This document shows, piece after piece, positions 1 through 10,923 of a stretch of 64,000 nucleotides of DNA (its first letter is position 1; every line of letters starts with the position of its first letter). The position numbers were made by a program, and so were the translations under genes. This stretch comes from Cyanobacteriota bacterium (GTDB taxonomy: Bacteria > Cyanobacteriota > Cyanobacteriia > Cyanobacteriales > Nostocaceae), in NCBI GenBank assembly GCA_046045965.1, contig JBJOKS010000008.1:32001-96000 (forward strand), read 5' to 3'. The notes beneath the pieces were generated by a model. It made no database searches. It was given only the letters and a program-made list of their open reading frames with translations, and was not told the DNA's origin.

Positions 1-1207
1 CAATTAGTCCAATAGATTCTCCCTTACGAATAGATAGGGAAATATCTTCTAGTACATTTTTTGTAGTGTTTGGATATTGAAAGGTGAGGCTATCTAAAAT
101 CACTTTATCAGAAAACTGAAATATTTGCTGATCTTTTAGCAATAATTTATTATAAATTCTAGCAGAATCAAAGTCAGTTATCAGCTTTTCTTTTTCCAAC
201 TCTTTAAGATCAAAGAATAGCCGATCAAGAGAATAACTGTTACCTCTAATCACATTAATTCCAGAAATTAAATTTCCGACTGCCGGTAGTAGACGAACTG
301 AGGCAAGTGCAAAAATTCCTAAAACTCCAGTTAGATTTTGCGTTTGATTTTGATTTAAAGTAATAAATAAAAATGTAAAGCCTATTAAGAAGCTCATCAT
401 TAATGGCTCAAGTACAAAGCGGGGAAGATTACCATAGGCTGAAGTTAAAGTGGTACTTTTGGCGTAAATTCTCGACTGCTCTTCCATCTGATCTTCAAAA
501 TAGGATTCGCACCCAATAATCCGAGTTTCCTTCAAACCTCCTAATCCATGATTAGTAATGCGAATCATCTGACCATAGGCATGAAATCCTTCTTTGTTCC
601 ACCGGGCTAAACGATCTTTCATTGGATACAATAAACAAAAAGAAATAAGTAGCAAGACAGCAATGATAATTAAGGCGATCACATTGGTTTGGATTAAAAG
701 GAGCATTAATGCCAGAACAATTACAGTATTAGAGATAAATGTCAATAACGTAGATACTACACCAATAGAGACTGCATCTGTGGTATTAATGAGATTTTGA
801 ATCAGTGTTGCTGAATTCATCCGCAGATGATAGCTATAAGGAGCTTGAATATATGCTTTTAGGAGTTTACAAGATAGTTCTCTTTTTAAGCCAAAGCCAA
901 ATTTTAAGACAGTTTTTTGAGCGTTAAAAGCTAAAAAAGATTTCAGATAAAAAGCAATAACAACTACCAACCCTAAAAAAATCAAAAATTGCTCTTCAGA
1001 GTGGAAATGCAACTGTTTGTAAATTAAATGTAACCAGTTACTATTTTTGATTATATCTGGAGTGATAGCGATCGCAATAAATGGAGCAATCATTCCTATT
1101 CCAAAAACTTCTAAGCCAGAAACAAGGATGAATAGAAAAAGCATGGTTATCAGCGACTTGTGATTGCCTTTGGTAATATATAAAAACTTAGTTAAAAAAT
1201 GAGCCAT
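1..1207 (-). CDS. ABC transporter permease/ATP-binding protein (polysaccharide/lipid exporter, HepA/MsbA-like), 3' end runs off the window
   Basis: Missing from the ORF track. Manual translation from ATG at 1207 gives MAHFLTKFLYITKGNHKSLITMLFLFILVSGLEVFGIGMIAPFIAIA (transmembrane), and the window edge reads ...NVLEDISLSIRKGESIGLI, the lead-in to a Walker A motif. Confidence 0.85.
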   Translation of the reverse strand, partial: MAHFLTKFLYITKGNHKSLITMLFLFILVSGLEVFGIGMIAPFIAIAITPDIIKNSNWLHLIYKQLHFHSEEQFLIFLGLVVVIAFYLKSFLAFNAQKTVLKFGFGLKRELSCKLLKAYIQAPYSYHLRMNSATLIQNLINTTDAVSIGVVSTLLTFISNTVIVLALMLLLIQTNVIALIIIAVLLLISFCLLYPMKDRLARWNKEGFHAYGQMIRITNHGLGGLKETRIIGCESYFEDQMEEQSRIYAKSTTLTSAYGNLPRFVLEPLMMSFLIGFTFLFITLNQNQTQNLTGVLGIFALASVRLLPAVGNLISGINVIRGNSYSLDRLFFDLKELEKEKLITDFDSARIYNKLLLKDQQIFQFSDKVILDSLTFQYPNTTKNVLEDISLSIRKGESIGLI

Positions 1208-1247
1208 CAGTGCTTAATCTCAGATGAATTGGATTGATGAAGAAGGT

Positions 1248-2252
1248 CTAAAATATGGATGTAGCTTTTCTAAATTCATAAATTAACCTCAACCAGAATC
1301 TTCTCCAGATCGTCAGTCTCCAACCTGACCATGCTGTCATATCTACATATTCAAAAAAATATTCTTTAAGTAGAGTATGACGAGATGTCCAAGGTTTTTT
1401 ATTTGAGACGTAGTGAATAATATAAGGATCACGAATGAGATTGTTGTAAACTTCTTCTGTGAATGGACTTTCTTTCCAAGAAGAAAAACCATAGACACTA
1501 CTAGGTGAACAATTCCATCTGGGATCGAGTTCTCCCCATTTACTTGTCAGCAGTGCATTTAAGATATCTTGATCGTGCCAACGGATATACTCTGTCTTTT
1601 GCTTCAGGTAATTTATAGCTTTAGCACTAATATTATCAGTTCGCCACTTTTTGAGGTTGATAACTAGAACACCTGAGTTGAAATATTTAGAATCTGAAGA
1701 AATTCCTAGTTCTTTATAATTTAGTAGTCCATGAGAATTTGACACATAAGGTATCCATGTATCTTGCGCTGCTAATACGTAATTATCTCCCAAGTCAGTT
1801 TGCCATAGTTGCTCCAAATTTCCCCTAACTACTAAGTCACAATCTAGATAAATTACCTTTTCCAACTCATCAGGTAAAAGTCTAGGAATTAACAACCTAA
1901 AAAATGCAGCAATTGAAACGTATTTGGCTATTGTTTTACCATCTGGACCAAGGCGTTTGTTGATTTCTTCAATATCATTTCCCAGCAAAGAATCAGGTTG
2001 TGGTAAGAATTTGACTTGGCACTTTTCTGAATCTAGCGATTTTAGTATCTTCTGTTTATTGTGTTTCTTGATGCCTCCATCAATAATAAATAAGAGTAAT
2101 TGGCGATCGCTCTGAAGATTTACGAGTGCAGATCGAACCGTTACTGCTACTTGCATGGCATAGTTATCATCAGCTGCACAAACTATGACAATAGGGTCAC
2201 TTTCAAAAATATGTTTCGTTTTATTCTCACTGTTTAAGCTATCAACTTGCAT
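1248..2252 (-). CDS. Glycosyltransferase family 8
   Basis: CAADDNY, KVIYLDCDLVV (DxD), YFNSGVLVINL, DQDILN and IIHY...KPW motifs. Confidence 0.9.
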   Translation of the reverse strand: MQVDSLNSENKTKHIFESDPIVIVCAADDNYAMQVAVTVRSALVNLQSDRQLLLFIIDGGIKKHNKQKILKSLDSEKCQVKFLPQPDSLLGNDIEEINKRLGPDGKTIAKYVSIAAFFRLLIPRLLPDELEKVIYLDCDLVVRGNLEQLWQTDLGDNYVLAAQDTWIPYVSNSHGLLNYKELGISSDSKYFNSGVLVINLKKWRTDNISAKAINYLKQKTEYIRWHDQDILNALLTSKWGELDPRWNCSPSSVYGFSSWKESPFTEEVYNNLIRDPYIIHYVSNKKPWTSRHTLLKEYFFEYVDMTAWSGWRLTIWRRFWLRLIYEFRKATSIF

Positions 2253-2337
2253 AGTTGCAACCCCATTAAATTGAGTCTTGTGATCTAGTAGATGGAATTT
2301 TTAGCTAACAAATAATCAAGTCAAAAGAGCGTGAAGG

Positions 2338-3990
2338 TTAACGGGAGTAATAGCGGGAGCGTAGTGAATGGTAACGTGAACGAAATCCTTCGGGTAGTAA
2401 GAGATTAAGTGGATTATTGCGGAAACCATACTGTTTGACCAAACTGAACCATAGATGTAGCCGTTGTTCTAGTGGCATTAATGGCATTTGCCAGTGGATG
2501 ATCTTGTGAAGATTGGCACTGCCAAGGGATAAATGCGTGCATGAAAAGACATCAGGCTCACCCAAAAACATCTCAACGTTTGAATCTGAGTCTGTAGTGA
2601 CTTTGGGTAAAGTAGTTGCGCGTAGGTATAAATTTTCCAAAGAATGCAGCCAGTTTTTTCCCCAATGGGTTTGTGCTAATTTTGTTCTAGTTGCTTCCCC
2701 CAAAGAAAGCCTAAATTCCTCATCTTCAACTAAGCGCGACAAGACTGCTGTATACTCTTCAAGGTCTAGCACTCGAATTAAATTACCCGTTAGACCCGGC
2801 ATATCGGCACAAAAAATTTCACAGGCATCAGAGGAGTATAGAGAGCGACTCACTAAAGGAGTACCGTAACTTCCAGCTTCCAGCAGTGATGTATTCGAGA
2901 CAAAAGGAAACGAGTCAACATAAATATCAGCAGCTTGGTAAAATACGGACGTATCTTCGGTCTGTCCAAGAACTCGAATCCTGCCCTGAGTTTGCTGGAT
3001 AGCTGCGGACCAATCTTCGTCGCTATCACCTGGACCGATAACAATGAGTATGGCTTGCTTGTACTTTTTCAGTAATGAAAGATGTGCATTAGCAAAACTC
3101 ATACCGTCAATGGTTCTATACTTAGCTGCTCTAGCAATGGAAAGTAGCAGAACACTGTTTTCATCAATACCAAGGTGTCGCTTCGCTTCTGAACGAGAAA
3201 GTTCTCTAATAGCTGGTTCTAGAACCGTAGGAAGAAGCATATTGCGTTCTGGTTCAATACCCCTGCGCTGCTGTGATAAACGCATTCCCGACTCACGCAG
3301 ATTAGCAACAACATCGCTAATCCCCGCACCTAACCAACACCAGTGATCACCGTGATTGGTATAGATAATGGGTGGAGTTTGCTCCTTATTTGCAAATGCA
3401 ATTGTGGCAACGACTTCGTACTCCCAAGTATGTAACACAACTATATCTGCTGTTGAAGCACATTCGCGTAACCTTTTAGCTCTGGCAATAACGCCGCCAA
3501 ATTTGTCGTTTAATATGTATATCTTGCCTTGACTATTGAATACAGCATCTTTGATAGATTTGGGAACTTCGTCTGGTGCTTGTCTAATCAAAGCAAGTGA
3601 GTGCGATCGCTCAGTATCCTGCTCAATCCAGCGCCGAATCAATCTAGGAGGTCCACCGTAGGTAGAAACATTGGTAGAAATATGTAGTATGTTCTTTGGG
3701 CTTCCAGATAAAGAAGTAATTTTTCGAGGAAAAAGGTTGCTTGGTATAGTCTTGCGTCCAATTGTCAGAAGAATCTGCTCAAGTTCAGGACTGGTGTAAA
3801 ATCCACAATGGTTAAATTGAGCATACTGCGCTGCAATCCCTACATACACCGCCGCAGCTTCATATTTGCCACGCTGCATTAAGTCTTTTGCCTGTGAGAC
3901 CAACTGGCGAAACTCCTGAAAATTTTGTTGAATCAGACGGCTGCCTTCTTCTCGCCAAAGGTTTAGTCTATGACTAGTTAATGTCTCCAT
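2338..3990 (-). CDS. Glycosyltransferase, GT-B/GT4-like
   Basis: C-terminal ADIYVDSFPFVSNTSLLEAGSYGTP motif; lies within a polysaccharide operon. Confidence 0.8.
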   Translation of the reverse strand: METLTSHRLNLWREEGSRLIQQNFQEFRQLVSQAKDLMQRGKYEAAAVYVGIAAQYAQFNHCGFYTSPELEQILLTIGRKTIPSNLFPRKITSLSGSPKNILHISTNVSTYGGPPRLIRRWIEQDTERSHSLALIRQAPDEVPKSIKDAVFNSQGKIYILNDKFGGVIARAKRLRECASTADIVVLHTWEYEVVATIAFANKEQTPPIIYTNHGDHWCWLGAGISDVVANLRESGMRLSQQRRGIEPERNMLLPTVLEPAIRELSRSEAKRHLGIDENSVLLLSIARAAKYRTIDGMSFANAHLSLLKKYKQAILIVIGPGDSDEDWSAAIQQTQGRIRVLGQTEDTSVFYQAADIYVDSFPFVSNTSLLEAGSYGTPLVSRSLYSSDACEIFCADMPGLTGNLIRVLDLEEYTAVLSRLVEDEEFRLSLGEATRTKLAQTHWGKNWLHSLENLYLRATTLPKVTTDSDSNVEMFLGEPDVFSCTHLSLGSANLHKIIHWQMPLMPLEQRLHLWFSLVKQYGFRNNPLNLLLPEGFRSRYHSLRSRYYSR

Positions 3991-4029
3991 ACAATGTTTC
4001 TCTTCTGCTGCTAATGGTAAGCACTGCTC

Positions 4030-5196
4030 TCAAACTAAACAAACTCTTTTCAAAACCTGAACAACATAATCCTGTTCTGGCTCGGTCATCTGATGCAAAA
4101 GTGGCAAAATAATGGCATGATCTTGAGCTTTTTCACTTTCAACCAGGCGATCGCTCCCATAAGACCAAGTTTCAATCTGATATGCTGGTTCTCGATGAGC
4201 GCACATAATTCCCCGTCTAGTGGAAATCCCAGCATCTAACATGATCTGCATGACTTGAAGCTGATTGCAACTATCAGGAAGACGCACGCAGTAACTTTGC
4301 CAATTACTTTTTCCCCAAGTTGGCTGTGTTGGTAATTTCAATCCTGGTATATCTGCCAACTGATGATGATATCGCTGTGCTAAATAACGACGGCGTTCCC
4401 CAATTTCCGGTAAGCGTTTGAGTTGTTCCCGTCCGACTGCTGCCTGAATATCAGTCATGCGGTAGTTGTAACCCAACATAGGGTAAGACTCAAAAATTAC
4501 CTGTTTTGCGCCATGACGGACAGTATCAGGTACACTCATTCCATGTTGTCGCCAGAGACGGAATTGTTGATTCCATTCAGGATTATTAGTGGTAATCATT
4601 CCACCGTCACCTGTGGTAATTACCTTGCGGGGGTGAAAGGAAAAGCAAGCGATATCTCCATGCGGTTTACCGATTTTCTGCCATTGTCCATTCCAGAAAA
4701 TTTCACTACCAATGGCACAAGCAGCATCTTCAATCACTGGTAAATTGTAGCGGTGGGCAATATCTAAAATGGCTTTGAGATCGCAAGGCATTCCCATCTG
4801 ATGAACGATGAGAATAGCGCGAGTGCGTTGATTAATCGCATCTGCAATTAACACCGGGTTGATATTATATGTCTGCGGTTCAATATCCACAAAGACTGGA
4901 ATCGCGCCACAGTAGCGAATGCTGTTAGCGGTGGCAATATAAGAGTGACTGACAGTAATTACCTCATCTCCTGGCTGCACACCTACAGCTAACAGTGCTA
5001 GGTGCAAGGCTGTGGTGCAATTAGAAACAGCACAAGCATAGTTTGCCCCTACATAAGCTGCAAATTCTTGTTCAAATGCTGCAACTTCTGGTCCTTGAGT
5101 GACCCAACCAGACATGATAGCGCGTCTTGCTGCTTCTGCTTCTGGTTCGCCAAGCCAAGGTTTAGCAATGGGGATATTTTGCATCTGCTTAGACAT
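4030..5196 (-). CDS. DegT/DnrJ/EryC1/StrS sugar aminotransferase
   Basis: VIEDAACA, FSFHPRKVITTGDGG (PLP lysine) and GYNYRMTD motifs. Confidence 0.92.
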   Translation of the reverse strand: MSKQMQNIPIAKPWLGEPEAEAARRAIMSGWVTQGPEVAAFEQEFAAYVGANYACAVSNCTTALHLALLAVGVQPGDEVITVSHSYIATANSIRYCGAIPVFVDIEPQTYNINPVLIADAINQRTRAILIVHQMGMPCDLKAILDIAHRYNLPVIEDAACAIGSEIFWNGQWQKIGKPHGDIACFSFHPRKVITTGDGGMITTNNPEWNQQFRLWRQHGMSVPDTVRHGAKQVIFESYPMLGYNYRMTDIQAAVGREQLKRLPEIGERRRYLAQRYHHQLADIPGLKLPTQPTWGKSNWQSYCVRLPDSCNQLQVMQIMLDAGISTRRGIMCAHREPAYQIETWSYGSDRLVESEKAQDHAIILPLLHQMTEPEQDYVVQVLKRVCLV

Positions 5197-6163
5197 GGCT
5201 TGTTTCCTTCCACTGCTTTTGCAGACACCACCAAGTAACCAAACGAGATAACCCTTCTTCTAGAGATACCTGTGCTTCAAATTCTAATAATTCTTTTGCT
5301 TTGCTTACATCTGCTAGTCGGCGTTGTACGGGGTTAACTTTACGTTCTGGTTTATATTCTGGTTGGAGATCAGAACCCATCACTTTCAGTAAACTATGGG
5401 CTAAATCATTTAAACTAGTTTCTACACCACTAGCAATATTGAAAACTTCATCTGTGATATCTGCTTTGGCTGCCAAGATGTTAGCTCTAGCAATATCTTC
5501 GATATAGACAAAATCCATTGTTTGCTCACCATTACCAAAAATCAATGGTGGTTGTCCGGCAACAATTCGCTCCATCCAGCGAATCAATACTTCAGTGTAA
5601 ACACCGTAAATATCCATTCGTGGTCCGTAGACGTTGAAGTAGCGTAATCCTACATAATTGAGTCCATACATTTCATAGAAACTGCGGAATAAACCCTCGT
5701 TAAAGGTCTTAGCTGCACCGTAGATGGTGCGGTTATTGTAGGGATGATGAGATTCAGTTGTGGGGAAATTCTCTGCCATGCCATAGATTGAAGCTGAAGA
5801 GGCTGCGACTACTTTTTTTACCCCGGCTGTAACTGCTGCTTCTAAAATATTGAAAGTACCATCTGCGAGAACTTCCAATGCTAGACGGGGTTCTTCTGCA
5901 CATTGGGTAATGCGAATTGCGGCTTGATGAAAGACTATATCCACACCTTGCATGATATCAGCCAGAAGTTGGCGATCGCGGATATCTCCCTCAACAATGA
6001 CTAAAGGACCATTAGCCTGTGTCCAAGCTAGGTTCTCACGACATCCACGGGTAAAATTATCTAGGATAATAATTTCCGATACTCCCTCTTTTACCAATAA
6101 ATCGGCAATATGAGAACCAACTAAACCAGCACCACCTGTAATTAAAATTCGCTTATTTTGCAT
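5189..6163 (-). CDS. NAD-dependent epimerase/dehydratase (extended SDR)
   Basis: [16 protein letters not shown] and LRYFNVYGP motifs; start placed at ATG 6163 (MQNKRIL). Confidence 0.9.
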   Translation of the reverse strand: MQNKRILITGGAGLVGSHIADLLVKEGVSEIIILDNFTRGCRENLAWTQANGPLVIVEGDIRDRQLLADIMQGVDIVFHQAAIRITQCAEEPRLALEVLADGTFNILEAAVTAGVKKVVAASSASIYGMAENFPTTESHHPYNNRTIYGAAKTFNEGLFRSFYEMYGLNYVGLRYFNVYGPRMDIYGVYTEVLIRWMERIVAGQPPLIFGNGEQTMDFVYIEDIARANILAAKADITDEVFNIASGVETSLNDLAHSLLKVMGSDLQPEYKPERKVNPVQRRLADVSKAKELLEFEAQVSLEEGLSRLVTWWCLQKQWKETSHV

Positions 6164-6860
6164 ATTCTCTGTTCTCCGATGGTTCAAATCCTTCTCGCCA
6201 GCGTAAAAACTTAGCAGGAACACCAGCTACAATGGCAAATGGTGGTACATCTTGAGTGACAACTGCTCCAGCACCAACAATACTGCCTTTACCAATTGTG
6301 ACTCCAGGTAGAATAATTGCATTCATGCCAATATCTGCTCCTGTTTCCACTTTTACTGATTTGATTTCCAAGTCTGTTTTGATAATGGGAATGTCTATTG
6401 GTAAGCCGGTATGAGTTGAACCCAGGACTTTTGCACCTGGACCCCAGCCCACATAATCTTCAATAATTAAGTTCCGAGCATCAAAATAGCTCTGTGGTCC
6501 AATCCAAACATAGTTACCGATTATGCACTTACCATCAAACCGTCCCTGGATATAGGTTTGTGAACCAATAAAAACGCGATCGCCGATTTCAAAAGTTTCT
6601 AAATGTTTAAAACCCACGCTACTGCCAATATGAACGCCGTGGCCAAATTTACAGGATATTGCCCGGCAAATAATTCGCCGCATCAAGAGATCAAAATCAG
6701 TCTCACCTAAAGTAAATCGGGTATACAGTTCGATTAAATTCTGATGGCTATACTGATGGCGGAAAGACGCTGCCATTTCTAGTTCAAATTCTGGATCTGG
6801 TTTTAACTCTTGGGAACCATGTACAGCTTGCACTATCCTACTTTTCACTAGTTCAGGCAT
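6153..6860 (-). CDS. Hexapeptide-repeat (LbH) acyltransferase
   Basis: [31 protein letters not shown]...GVPA. Confidence 0.88.
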   Translation of the reverse strand: MPELVKSRIVQAVHGSQELKPDPEFELEMAASFRHQYSHQNLIELYTRFTLGETDFDLLMRRIICRAISCKFGHGVHIGSSVGFKHLETFEIGDRVFIGSQTYIQGRFDGKCIIGNYVWIGPQSYFDARNLIIEDYVGWGPGAKVLGSTHTGLPIDIPIIKTDLEIKSVKVETGADIGMNAIILPGVTIGKGSIVGAGAVVTQDVPPFAIVAGVPAKFLRWREGFEPSENREYAK

Positions 6861-7954
6861 GGTATCCTCTCAGAGATGGAAGCACTAACAGTTTCTATTT
6901 GCACTGAAGATAGTTCTGCAAACATAGGCAGTGAAAGCACTTCCTTGGCTGCTAGTTCCGAGTGGGGAAAATCACCTGCTTGATATCCTAAATCTGCGTA
7001 AGCTGGTTGCAAATGCACAGGAATTGGGTAGTGAATGCCTGTTTGCACTCCCTGTTCATGTAACCGCTGTTGTAGTAAATCCCTTGCTGTAGAGCGCACA
7101 GCATAAATATGGTAAACATGATGGCTATATGGCATGACGCTGGGAGTGATCACGTCTGCTTTTGCTAGGAGTTTGTCGTACTGTAGGGCGATCGCTCTCC
7201 TAGCCTGAGTCCAGGTATCTAAATAGCGTAACTTGACCCGCAAAATTGCTCCTTGCAAGCCATCCATACGGTAGTTATAACCCTTGAGAACATGATGATA
7301 TTTGCGTTTTTGCCCCCAGTCTCGCAGCATATCAATGATGTGGGCATATTTAGGGTTATTGGTGACAACCATCCCTCCCTCACCATAAGCCCCTAAGTTT
7401 TTACCAGGATAAAAACTAAAACAACCTAAGTCCCCAATACTACCAACTCTTTGCCCCTTATACTCAGCCCTGTGTGCTTGGGCGGCATCTTCAATGACAA
7501 TTAGACCATAACGTTGAGCAATTTCTAAAATTGGGTCCATGTCTGCTGGTTGACCATAGAGATGAACTGGCAAAATTGCTTTAGTCCGTTCGGTAATAGT
7601 TGCCTCAATTTGCGTTACATCTATGGTGTAGGAAATCGGGTCAATATCAACAAAAACAGGGGTTGCACCAGTGTAACAAATGGCTGCTACGGTAGCGACA
7701 AAGGTGAAAGGTGTGGTAATTACTTCATCACCAGGACCAATACCAGCGGCTAATAATGCTAAATGCAGGGCGCTAGTACCTGTATTCACAGCGATTCCAT
7801 ATTTAGCACCACAGTAGTAGGAAAACTCTTCTTCTAAAGCAGCAACTTCACTGCCTAAGACAAATTGTGTACTTTCCAGAGCTTTAAAGACAGCGCCATC
7901 AATTTCGTTTTTAATGCTATTGTACTGAGCTTTTAAATCTATGAATGGAATCAT
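6848..7954 (-). CDS. DegT/DnrJ/EryC1/StrS aminotransferase (WbpE/FdtB-like)
   Basis: [11 protein letters not shown] start, [35 protein letters not shown]. Confidence 0.92.
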   Translation of the reverse strand: MIPFIDLKAQYNSIKNEIDGAVFKALESTQFVLGSEVAALEEEFSYYCGAKYGIAVNTGTSALHLALLAAGIGPGDEVITTPFTFVATVAAICYTGATPVFVDIDPISYTIDVTQIEATITERTKAILPVHLYGQPADMDPILEIAQRYGLIVIEDAAQAHRAEYKGQRVGSIGDLGCFSFYPGKNLGAYGEGGMVVTNNPKYAHIIDMLRDWGQKRKYHHVLKGYNYRMDGLQGAILRVKLRYLDTWTQARRAIALQYDKLLAKADVITPSVMPYSHHVYHIYAVRSTARDLLQQRLHEQGVQTGIHYPIPVHLQPAYADLGYQAGDFPHSELAAKEVLSLPMFAELSSVQIETVSASISERIPCLN

Positions 7955-9078
7955 AGTGCTACCTTTGCTAAGTCTAGTTCAATTAATCGTCCTTGCTGCT
8001 TGATCGATTGAGTAGCAGCTTCCAAAATTCGTATTACCCGCAGTCCTGCTTCTCCATCTGTGAGGGGGTGATGGCCTTGGCGAATACAATCAATAAAATG
8101 TAATGCCTCAGTTTGTAAAGCTTCTGTCATATCCAACTTGGGAGACCACATATCACCTGTGCGATAACCGACCAGCATTTGGTAAACGTTCTCAGGACTA
8201 TCATTCACCGTAATTCCCTTGTCGTAGACTTTAATCTTTTCACTGGGTTCTAAATCGTCATAACAGACCATTTTTTCACTACCTCCCAGTATTGTCCGGC
8301 GCATTTTTACTGGTGCGAGCCAATTCACATGAATGTGTGCAATCAAGTTATTCTCAAAAAATAAGGTTAAGTAGGCAATGTTTTCTGGTTCGCTAGAAAC
8401 ATGACTCATACCTGTAGCTGATACAGCATAAGGCTTTGATGGTAATATATAGTCCATAATTGAGAGATCATGAACTGCCAAATCCCAGATGACATTGACA
8501 TCATGCTGGAATAATCCCAAGTTGACACGCACGGAATCATAATAATAGATATCGCCTATAACCTTTGTCGCTACCAGTTCTTGCATTTTCCGCACTGCAC
8601 CTGTATACACAAAGGTGTGATCTACCATCAACACCAAATTGCGTTTTTGAGCCTCATCTATCAGTCTGATTGCCTGTTGGGAGGAAACAGTCATCGGTTT
8701 TTCTACTAAGACGTGTTTACCGGCTTGCAAAGCGGCTAGGGCTAAATCGTAATGGGTAGAAACTGGTGTAGCAATCGCGATCGCATCTATATTTGGCTCT
8801 ACAAAAAGGTCTTGGCTATTGGTGGTGAGCTTGATGGCTGGGTATCGAGATTGCACCTTTGCCAGTCTATCTATTTGAAAATCACTAACTGCTACGACTT
8901 CTGCTCCTGGTATATCAGCAAAGCTGCGGACTAAATTGGGACCCCAGTAACCATAACCAATGACACCAATTTTGACTGTATTAATTGCCTGATTTTGCTT
9001 ATTGATGGAGATGTTTACTTTATCTGTGTCAATATTTGAATCAAAAGCTTGCGCGGAGTAAGCATGAGTATTTGTCAT
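7951..9078 (-). CDS. Gfo/Idh/MocA family oxidoreductase (putative nucleotide-sugar dehydrogenase)
   Basis: GVIGYGYWGPN, GKHVLVEKPM and DLAVHDLS motifs. Confidence 0.88.
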   Translation of the reverse strand: MTNTHAYSAQAFDSNIDTDKVNISINKQNQAINTVKIGVIGYGYWGPNLVRSFADIPGAEVVAVSDFQIDRLAKVQSRYPAIKLTTNSQDLFVEPNIDAIAIATPVSTHYDLALAALQAGKHVLVEKPMTVSSQQAIRLIDEAQKRNLVLMVDHTFVYTGAVRKMQELVATKVIGDIYYYDSVRVNLGLFQHDVNVIWDLAVHDLSIMDYILPSKPYAVSATGMSHVSSEPENIAYLTLFFENNLIAHIHVNWLAPVKMRRTILGGSEKMVCYDDLEPSEKIKVYDKGITVNDSPENVYQMLVGYRTGDMWSPKLDMTEALQTEALHFIDCIRQGHHPLTDGEAGLRVIRILEAATQSIKQQGRLIELDLAKVAL

Positions 9079-9463
9079 GGGATATAAGTTGTCAATTTTA
9101 TCAAACTTGATTGGTAAAGAATTAGTGGAGATGACAGTAAAGCCAACTAACAGTTGCTAGAGCTTCTTAAAAGTAATCTTTTCAACAATACTTTCCCTAA
9201 AATTGAAAGTTCAGAAGATGATCTTGAAACTATAAATTTACTTGGGACTTTATCTTGGCAAAAACCACAAAGCTAAAAAATTTGCTCTGGTTTTTCACTA
9301 GAATTTTTTCAACCACCGATTTTTTGGGTTTGGATATATTATACATTAACATCTTGTGTGGTTTGTTGCAGAAAAATTGGCACATTTTACAAATCTCAAT
9401 TTGGTGGATGTATTGTTTAAAAATCAGCCTTAAATATCTAAAAAAACTGAAGTATTACCTGAT

Positions 9464-9970
9464 TTATCTTAGCAATTTACTATTTGCAAATTCACCAGTC
9501 TTGGGAACACAACCTATGACCCTAGCAGGTACTCCAAGCACAGTTTTGTCATCAGGAACATCATGAGTTACTACTGCTCCAGCCCCAACTATGGCGTTTT
9601 CACCAATTGTAACTCCTGCCAGGATAGTAGCATTGCTGCCAATAGAGGCACGGCGTTTGACATAAGTTTTAATTACAGTCCAATCATCTTCGGTTTTTAG
9701 GCTACTATCTTCATTAGTAGCGCGGGGGTAAATGTCATTAGTAAACATCACTCCGTGACCAATAAACACTTCGTCTTCGATGATCACACCCTCGCAAATA
9801 AAAGTGTGCGATGAAACTTTACATTTATCTCCGACTATGACATTTTTCTGAATTTCAACAAAGCTGCCAATCTTGGTTTCATCTCCAATGATACAACCGT
9901 AAAGATTGACAAGATCAGGATGAATAATTTTAACTTCTTTACCTAATCGAACATTATCATTTATAGCCAT
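9464..9970 (-). CDS. Hexapeptide N-acetyltransferase (WbpD/WxcM-like)
   Basis: [42 protein letters not shown]. Confidence 0.88.
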   Translation of the reverse strand: MAINDNVRLGKEVKIIHPDLVNLYGCIIGDETKIGSFVEIQKNVIVGDKCKVSSHTFICEGVIIEDEVFIGHGVMFTNDIYPRATNEDSSLKTEDDWTVIKTYVKRRASIGSNATILAGVTIGENAIVGAGAVVTHDVPDDKTVLGVPARVIGCVPKTGEFANSKLLR

Positions 9971-10923
9971 CTTTGTCTACCTCTAATTCACAAAAAATAT
10001 TCTAAATAAGTACATTCAGAACCTTGCCATTGCTACTCTTTTATCTTGATGTTGTGCATACTAAGTTCAAGTTTCATTTATGACTTAACCTACTTCTAAA
10101 ACAGTAATGAAAGTGAATCCAAAACCACGAGAATTTGCAGAAATCTATACTCTGTACTAGCAGATACGAATTTGAGGCAGATGAGAGAAAATCCTGATCA
10201 AAAACGTATTAGTTGATTCAAATTTGATGAAATTCCTGTACCAGTGTTTGTTAGGTTACTCAAAAATTATTCAAACACTATACAGTGATTAGAAAAATAT
10301 ACATCTCTATCATTAGATAGATATATCTGATAACTTCAATGCCTCGCTGTAGTGGCAATTTTATGCTGATAGAGAGATGTATTTGAATTTTGTCAATCAG
10401 CATTAAACCAGATTACAGAATACTTCAATGTAGAAGTCCATATATGACTTTCCCAGTTGATGCCAACTTCATACAGTCATCATATTTCCTGACTAAAACT
10501 ATGATAATTACGGATAAATTGTAAATTTTTTAAAAAGACAGGACTTCCAGATTCAATACTTGTTGCTTAAGGGAGAAAAAACCCTTTCTCTTTTACTTTT
10601 TTCCAGGTCAAGTTAATATTACTATCTGTAAAACCCTGATTAGTATTGCTTACTCATTGACAAAGTGATAAATATAAACAATACTTTATCTGAATTGAGA
10701 GCCTAGAAATTCTGCCAATTTGACCACCATAACCCCTACATAAGTGTTACTTTCCAACTTGGTAGACTTTTAAAACCTTGATGCTGCTCAAATTTAAGTC
10801 AACTTATGGTTGATGGTTTCAGTTATTTTATAAGTACAAGGATACAGAGCATTTGGATTGAGAATGATTTGGCAATCAGGATGATTAAGTTGGAATTAAA
10901 TTAGAAAATATCCAAGGTTAAAA

